A stretch of 63,126 nt of DNA, the filler included, from Stramenopiles sp. TOSAG23-3 (lineage: Eukaryota): the NCBI GenBank assembly GCA_900128585.1. It is 31 parts of 31 records of this genome, joined end to end, with 100 filler letters (N's around TTAATTAATTAA, not from the genome) between each part and the next. Parts side by side here need not be neighbours in the genome. Positions count along the whole stretch, not along the records: positions 55,122 to 57,048 come from LT645232.1; positions 57,149 to 59,074 come from LT645233.1; positions 59,175 to 61,100 come from LT645234.1; positions 61,201 to 63,126 come from LT645235.1; 27 more parts are not named here. One strand, 5' to 3'. The notes beneath the pieces are model-generated. The model did no database searches. It was not told where the DNA came from and worked only from the letters and a program-made list of their open reading frames with translations. Below are positions 57,032 to 63,126 of the stretch, piece by piece (the stretch's first letter is position 1; each line of letters begins with the position of its first letter). The translations under genes and the position numbers were made by a program.

Positions 57032-57148
57032 TCCAAACCATGTCGATGNNNNNNNNNNNNNNNNNNNNNNNNNNNNNNNNNNNNNNNNNNNNTTAATTAA
57101 TTAANNNNNNNNNNNNNNNNNNNNNNNNNNNNNNNNNNNNNNNNNNNN

Positions 57149-57225
57149 TTCTTTTTTTGTTTTTGTTTGTTTGTTTGTTTGTTTGTTTGTTTGTTTTTGT
57201 GTTTGTTTGTTTGTTTTCTTTTTTT
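57149..57225. repeat. (TTTG)n microsatellite
   Basis: Direct reading of the sequence. Confidence 0.9.
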
Positions 57226-57326
57226 CTGAAAATTTAATGGACACGTCCTCTCTCTCACGCTGAGCGAGTAAAAGAAAATGCGTGCACCCCCTTCTTCCCC
57301 AATCCTCTGTTTCGTATTCTCTCCTT

Positions 57327-58463
57327 TTAGTTCGACGCCGTGATTTTATATAGCCCTGCCCTCATCCTCATTTTCTTCGCTGTCTCGGACGCTTTCTCCG
57401 CTTTGATCCGTAAGTCGTTTAAATTTCTGTAAATAATACTATGCGAAACCGTCTTGAAAATTTCAGGGTCCGTTTCGTTGCTAGGGAGGCCTCGCTCTAT
57501 GCGCAAAACGCGATTGCGTTCGCACACGTGGACGGCTTGTTTTCTAATGGCGTCCAGCAACTGCTTGCGTGCAGCCGCTGCCCCGTTTCCTAATACAATC
57601 GATTCCATCATGGCGTCTACGTCCTGGCCAGGCTGGGGGTTGGCTACGGCGGTCTTGACAGCCTTGGTATCGTTCGCAATTTTTGCTAAGCGGACGATCA
57701 CTTGCTGTTGCACGACAGCGGCCTCTTTCTCCAATTTCGTGCACATCGTCTCCGCGGATTCAAACCGGCGCTTGTCCAAAGCCACCAGTTGCTTCTCCGT
57801 GCTGACCCGTATCTCCTTCGCAACATCGTACTTTGCTTTCACAGCATTCACTTTCTTGCGCTGCGGTATGATGAAATCGACCTTTTCTTGAGAGCATTCC
57901 GTCTTGTTGATCCCTTCGTTCAACATCGAGTTGGTCGCACGGATGGTTTCGCTACGGTTGAAACTCATGTAAGCCTCGCGGGTTGCAATTCTAGCCCCTT
58001 CCATGCACACGATAGCGGCACTGACGCGGTCCTTCAGCTCCTTGGTTTCCCGATCCAACCAAAATTTTGCGATGGTCTCGTTTAGCATTGCCTCTTCTAG
58101 CTCGCGGCCGCTTTTGCGCATTTCCGACATTTCGTCGTCGTTCATTTTCTTTAACCTCTTCGGGGTGTGCGTAAAGTTGCCCTTGCCGTCGTCTGGGAGC
58201 TGGGCGTGCGGGAGCGCCGTGTTCGTCGTGTATTTTTCCGGGCAGTCTGGGTCAATTTCCGTTTCGACGGTCTCTTTTGTCTGATTGCCTTCGGACATCT
58301 CGAGGAACATGGCATTGTACACGCCCGCTTGTTGGCTCAACATTTGTTGCATTTGGCATCGTTTCATCAACTGCCGCTCCTGATCAACACGCAAAGAGGT
58401 CGCCCCAGCCGTGTCCGCCAGAAGCCCGGCAGCGCATGCTGCTAATACCAAAACCCGTTTCAT
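57327..58463 (-). CDS. Secreted helical/coiled-coil hypothetical protein
   Basis: Signal peptide MKRVLVLAACAAGLLADTAGA; complete ORF. Confidence 0.8.
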   Translation of the reverse strand: MKRVLVLAACAAGLLADTAGATSLRVDQERQLMKRCQMQQMLSQQAGVYNAMFLEMSEGNQTKETVETEIDPDCPEKYTTNTALPHAQLPDDGKGNFTHTPKRLKKMNDDEMSEMRKSGRELEEAMLNETIAKFWLDRETKELKDRVSAAIVCMEGARIATREAYMSFNRSETIRATNSMLNEGINKTECSQEKVDFIIPQRKKVNAVKAKYDVAKEIRVSTEKQLVALDKRRFESAETMCTKLEKEAAVVQQQVIVRLAKIANDTKAVKTAVANPQPGQDVDAMMESIVLGNGAAAARKQLLDAIRKQAVHVCERNRVLRIERGLPSNETDPEIFKTVSHSIIYRNLNDLRIKAEKASETAKKMRMRAGLYKITASN

Positions 58464-59216
58464 TCTTTCTTCAAATCAAATACAGATAATAAATATATAT
58501 TTACTCTGTTCAATATGAATTTAGACAAACAGAACATGAAACCGGAACTCGTGCACAATGGCATGCTCTTTCATTTTCATTCCCTTCCCCCTTTCGATAT
58601 CCATTCCCTTCCCCCCTTTCGATACTCATTAAACGACATGTTCGATTCAATCCAAAATCCAAAATAATAAAATGAAAGACAAGAAATTGTCATATTTTAT
58701 ATTTTCACGTACATTATATAAATAAGAACAATTATAAAAGAGAGATCAAAGAAATTAGTGTATAGTTACTTCTATATACAACGCTTCATTTCATTTTTCA
58801 ATTAAGTACGTTTGACTTCAAGAATAAAACATCGTCGATTCTCTTCTATTACTATACACCCAATAGTACAAAAAAAGTAAAATCACGAAGTGATATACAC
58901 TGGATGTTTATGAATAATTCCTTACTTTACTAGCAGACGTTATTCATATGTAAACTAGCCCATTCTTTAGGTCATGTTCAGTAGTTACATTCCTTTATGG
59001 AATCCATGATGACATTTTATAGTAAAGCAATGGTGCATATTAGTATACGAATAATAATAGTTATGATATTATCANNNNNNNNNNNNNNNNNNNNNNNNNN
59101 NNNNNNNNNNNNNNNNNNTTAATTAATTAANNNNNNNNNNNNNNNNNNNNNNNNNNNNNNNNNNNNNNNNNNNNATGAATTTTAGCAGTCGCAAAATTAG
59201 ATCAGTTCTACAATTG

Positions 59217-59313
59217 GGATAATCTTGAGAGTCTTAAAACATACTATATCATTAGTTTTTTTCATTTATGCTAAATTTAATTACTTAAATAACAGCCAAT
59301 TTTCTTGCTTTTA
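59217..59313 (-). repeat. 3'-element core joined to the TAGTATGTTTTAAGACTC tail
   Basis: gctaaatttaattacttaaataacagccaattttcttgctttt, preceded by ggataatcttgagagtcttaaaacatactata. Confidence 0.9.
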
Positions 59314-59619
59314 AGTACATAAAATACGAGAGTCGATATGTCAACCGTATCTTAATGACATTAATGTCTAAATCGACGAAGTCTCCAAGAGTACGAAGTA
59401 TAGTTAAATTTACGCGTATCATACGAATTATCGTAAAATCATACGTATGATAGGAGCAAAATATGAACATGAAATAACGTTTATTCTATCACAAGCCCGG
59501 AGATTTTTGTACAAAGTACATAAATTAATTATTAGTCAGAGCGCAACGTAGCCGCCGTAAAATAACCCACACTCTTCTAAAATCTAGGAGTCTATAGAGT
59601 GCGCGTTTGTCTTTGTTGC

Positions 59620-60960
59620 TCAAACTTGCATGCCTGCCTCTTGGCTACGAATAAGAAGTGACCCTACCGTTACCACTAAACTGATACAAAAGTATGCTGC
59701 TTTGGCAATCAAGCTGGGGGATATGGTAATGCCAAAGCCATGAAAACCAATTATGTCGTGGTCACTATCGACATGGTCAAAGAAATGCTTTGCCGCAATC
59801 AAATCCTCGGGGAAGTGGACTGCGACCCATCCTTTGACCATATGGGCCTTTTGGCGCACCTTTTTTGCCTCGCCCGTGAGTCCGGCAGATACCGTGGCGA
59901 GCGCGCACAAGATCAAGATGGCTCCAACCCACATGCACACAACACACGCCACCTTCAGGATTTTTGCAACGGGAAGGTCGTCTGTTGCTTGAAACTCTTC
60001 AACGGTCGCCAGCGTACAAACAAATACACAAATGAAAAGTGTGAATTCGGCACAGAAAAAAAATACGCGGAACGATTCGCTGAAATCGTCGACAGTTTTC
60101 CGCATAATTTCATAATTTCTGTACGCTGCGGAAATGTCGATTCTCTGCCCTTTGCCATCGTGCCGCAGGTTTTCCACCCCCCGGGGGAATATCTCGTACT
60201 CTTTGATTGCTTTTTTCAACCCTTTCCCCACACTGCAAAAATACATGGTCAGAAACATGGGCTCCATGACGTTGATGCAGTAGGGATAGATAATGTACAG
60301 TGCCACCAAGGCCTGCTCGTGCACATATTCCATCCCGCCAACCTTTAGCGCAAACAGCCACAGCGGACATACGTAAAGCGCAGGAGCCAAAAACACAAAG
60401 GAGATTCCAGTCCCTTGGGACCAGAGAGAAGACGGTGACCACCATTGTGTGACGAATTTTCGCTCCTCCACGGGCAATGTGCGTAAGAACATAAACACTG
60501 GCGCATCATCCTTGGTAAATTGTCCGTGGATCGACAGCCCCTTCGTAAATGTGTTCAAGGAGGCGCAAGCATACGTAATTCGCGTCAGGACGTTGAAGCC
60601 CAAAACCTGGAATGCGAAATACGTCAAGGGGATGGCTGCGAACGAGACAATTAGTTGGAGAAACCTCAAACACCCAGTGGCTCGGAACCGGATACCGGGT
60701 AATTTTCCCCCCAAGTAGGACCATGACAAAGACGTGCCGGCACCCCGCTCCTCAGCCAGCACACGCAATGAGTCGTCGGCTGCTTCCGACCAAGTCCGTG
60801 AGCCTCCGTTCTGTCGGACCAGGCCAGGCAACTTCATTTGACCCTCTTCGCTGACTGCGTACATAGACGCCATCTGCTGTAAATTCAATCTCGGTACACC
60901 GTGCCTACCTTGGCACTTTTCAACAGCAATAATAACAGCTGCGAACACAACCACCTGCAA
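59620..60960 (-). CDS. Gustatory-receptor-like (GRL/7TM ion channel, DUF3537-like) membrane protein; start uncertain
   Basis: About 7-8 hydrophobic helices. The C-terminal pattern is Y..MRKTVDDFS..F / SAGLT / IIGFHGFGITISPSLI followed by a final TM. Confidence 0.65.
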   Translation of the reverse strand: MQVVVFAAVIIAVEKCQGRHGVPRLNLQQMASMYAVSEEGQMKLPGLVRQNGGSRTWSEAADDSLRVLAEERGAGTSLSWSYLGGKLPGIRFRATGCLRFLQLIVSFAAIPLTYFAFQVLGFNVLTRITYACASLNTFTKGLSIHGQFTKDDAPVFMFLRTLPVEERKFVTQWWSPSSLWSQGTGISFVFLAPALYVCPLWLFALKVGGMEYVHEQALVALYIIYPYCINVMEPMFLTMYFCSVGKGLKKAIKEYEIFPRGVENLRHDGKGQRIDISAAYRNYEIMRKTVDDFSESFRVFFFCAEFTLFICVFVCTLATVEEFQATDDLPVAKILKVACVVCMWVGAILILCALATVSAGLTGEAKKVRQKAHMVKGWVAVHFPEDLIAAKHFFDHVDSDHDIIGFHGFGITISPSLIAKAAYFCISLVVTVGSLLIRSQEAGMQV

Positions 60961-61200
60961 CCCCCAAACTGTTCCCGAATCTTTCCTATCGATAAAAACC
61001 GAATGTAACGGATCAGCCGTGGGACTAACTCAACTTCATATTGTCATTCATGAATATTCAAGAGAAGAAGAATACAATCGAAGTGCTAAAAAATGTTAAT
61101 NNNNNNNNNNNNNNNNNNNNNNNNNNNNNNNNNNNNNNNNNNNNTTAATTAATTAANNNNNNNNNNNNNNNNNNNNNNNNNNNNNNNNNNNNNNNNNNNN

Positions 61201-61366
61201 TCTTCTTTTTTCTTCTTCTTCTTCTTCTTCTTCTTCTTCTTCTTCTTCTTCTTCTTCTTCTTCTTCTTCTTCTTCTTCTCCTCCTCCTCTTCTTCTTCTT
61301 CTTCTTCTTCTTCTTCTTCTTCTTCTTCTTCTTCTTCTTCTTCATCATTCTTCTTCTTCTTCTTCT
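61201..61366. repeat. (CTT)n microsatellite
   Basis: Long near-perfect run at the contig edge. Confidence 0.95.
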
Positions 61367-61690
61367 ACTTATATAATAATTATAATATAACTATAATAAT
61401 AATGTAATCCTCGCTACTAGTCTAATTTTTATTCTCTTCTTCTTTTTTGTTGTTTTGTTATTGTCCTTCTACCCACCACCATGATGCTTGGTATTTAAAA
61501 TACGGTAGACGACTAATTTAATACTGTACGTTCGGTAGAAGTGAACCATCATCTTGTTGTTTTTTTCTATTATATTTTTATTTTTTTTAGTTGAGACTAT
61601 AATATTATTACTCCATATACTACTACGAAAATTATGAAGTCCAATAGTTCATACTGTACGTGTTGTTATGGTATATTTTTAGATACGATT

Positions 61691-63126
61691 TTAGTTTTCA
61701 ATGTTTTCAGAAATGGCTTTGACGACCTCTTTTGCGGCGTATGGGATGGGGGTTCCAGGTCCGAAGACGGCAGCAACTCCATTCTCATACAAAAACTCAT
61801 AGTCTTGTTGAGGAATTACCCCACCGCAGATGATGACAATATCTTCCCCGCCTAATTCTTTAAGACTGTCTCGTAGCTTGGGCACCAATGTCTTGTGGCC
61901 AGCTGCTTGGGAAGAGACACCAATGCAGTGCACGTCGGCGTCAATGGCTTGTTGGGCTGCCTCCATTGGAGTCTGAAACAATGGCCCTACGTCCACGTCG
62001 AAACCTAAATCCGCAAAACCGCTCGCAATGACTTTTGCCCCACGGTCGTGACCATCTTGCCCCATCTTGCAAACAAGCATTCGTGGGCGACGGCCGTCCT
62101 CCTCGGCGAACTTCTCGATCGCGTCGGTGGCCTCATTGTAGACTGCTTCGTCTTCAGCAGAACCGTACTGGTTCGCATATGCCCCAGTAACGACGTCGCT
62201 GCGAGGTATATGCTCGCCCCATACGCCCTTCAGGGCGTCTGAGATCTCCCCCAAAGTGCAGCGGACCCGGGCTGCATCGACTGCGAGCCTGAGCATGTTT
62301 TGGGGGTGGTCACCAGCCCCAGTCACTTCGGAGCTCGAGGCGGAGTCGGTCAATGCCTTCAATGCCTTTTCTACGGCCGCATCGTCGCGTGATTGGCGTA
62401 TCTCTTGCAAGCGAGAAATTTGGGAATCTCGCACCGCAGAATTGTCAATTTGGAGCACGTCAATCGGTTCTTCGTGATCCAAACGGTACTTGTTAGTGCC
62501 GACAACCACATCGATGCCCGCGTCAACACGAGCCTGCTTGCGGGTAGCCGCTTCCTCAATGCGAAGCTTTGGCATCCCAGTCTCGATCGCCTTCCCCATG
62601 CCCCCGAGGGCCTCCACTTCGTCGATCAATTCCAAGGCTTCGTCGTACAGTTTGTCGGTAAGGGATTCCATCAAATACGATCCACCCCATGGGTCCGCGA
62701 CGTCGGTGATGCCGGTCTCTTCCTGGATTATGAGCTGGGTGTTTCGGGCAATTCGCGCGCTCAACTCAGTAGGCAGGCCAATGGCCTCGTCGAAGGCGTT
62801 CGTGTGCAGACTTTGCGTGCCCCCCATGACGGCGGCCATCGCCTCCACCGCTGTGCGGACGACGTTGTTGTACGGGTCTTGCTCGGTCAGGGAGTACCCA
62901 CTGGTTTGGCAATGGGTTCGCAGGAGCCAGCTCTTTGGGTTCTTCGCGCCCATTCTATCTTTCATCAGGTGGGCCCACAGCTTGCGCGCGGCGCGCATTT
63001 TCGCAATCTCCATGTAAAAGTTCATCCCAATCGCCCAGAAGAACGAGAGGCGTGGGGCGACAGAGTCCACGTCAAGGCCCGCCTTCTGCGCGGTCCGGAC
63101 GTATTCCATGCCATCGGCAAGGGTAA
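61691..63126 (-). CDS. MMUT: Methylmalonyl-CoA mutase (adenosylcobalamin-dependent), 5'-partial
   Basis: [30 protein letters not shown] and the B12-binding motif [12 protein letters not shown]. Confidence 0.98.
   Translation of the reverse strand, partial: TLADGMEYVRTAQKAGLDVDSVAPRLSFFWAIGMNFYMEIAKMRAARKLWAHLMKDRMGAKNPKSWLLRTHCQTSGYSLTEQDPYNNVVRTAVEAMAAVMGGTQSLHTNAFDEAIGLPTELSARIARNTQLIIQEETGITDVADPWGGSYLMESLTDKLYDEALELIDEVEALGGMGKAIETGMPKLRIEEAATRKQARVDAGIDVVVGTNKYRLDHEEPIDVLQIDNSAVRDSQISRLQEIRQSRDDAAVEKALKALTDSASSSEVTGAGDHPQNMLRLAVDAARVRCTLGEISDALKGVWGEHIPRSDVVTGAYANQYGSAEDEAVYNEATDAIEKFAEEDGRRPRMLVCKMGQDGHDRGAKVIASGFADLGFDVDVGPLFQTPMEAAQQAIDADVHCIGVSSQAAGHKTLVPKLRDSLKELGGEDIVIICGGVIPQQDYEFLYENGVAAVFGPGTPIPYAAKEVVKAISENIEN

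Noticed and set aside
1955-61200. Regularly spaced TTAATTAATTAA palindromes as a CRISPR-like or regulatory array
   Set aside because: They are always embedded in N44 blocks and form an artificial six-frame-stop linker. ORFs ending in X..N or X..LIN are truncated by it.
1-63126. Operon-like or gene-cluster reading of neighbouring genes
   Set aside because: Contigs are ordered by length, so adjacency across spacers has no biological meaning.

Overview
This window is not a continuous locus. It is 31 unrelated contigs of about 1.93-1.95 kb, sorted by decreasing length and joined by artificial 100-nt spacers (N44-TTAATTAATTAA-N44), so gene order across spacers means nothing and most genes are partial. 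The DNA is from an intron-poor eukaryote using the standard code; a heterotrophic stramenopile-like protist (single-cell or metagenome assembly) is my inference. Recognisable genes include methylmalonyl-CoA mutase, a formin, a tesmin/Lin54-type CXC protein (frameshifted), a divergent Elp3-like radical SAM protein, tandem LicD domains, a Qc-SNARE, TMEM50/Vps68, FAM210-like, Mpo1/DUF962, PAQR/HlyIII, IQ/WW/B-box, WD40 and ankyrin proteins, and several beta-helix or IPT surface proteins. The strongest unexplained signal is a ~40-bp element (AAAACAAGAAAATTGGCTGTTATTTAAGTAATTAAATT) with about 15 copies. It sits just downstream of stop codons, nearly always in the sense orientation of the adjacent gene, and carries interchangeable tails. 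Other highlights are a 1851-bp surface-protein unit that reads stop-free head-to-tail, HET-e-like hypervariable WD40 repeats in a patchwork of gene fragments, a gustatory-receptor-like 7TM protein, a trichocyst-matrix-like protein, and a putative transcription factor with a velvet-like C-terminal motif. All family calls come from motif recognition by eye, not database searches.
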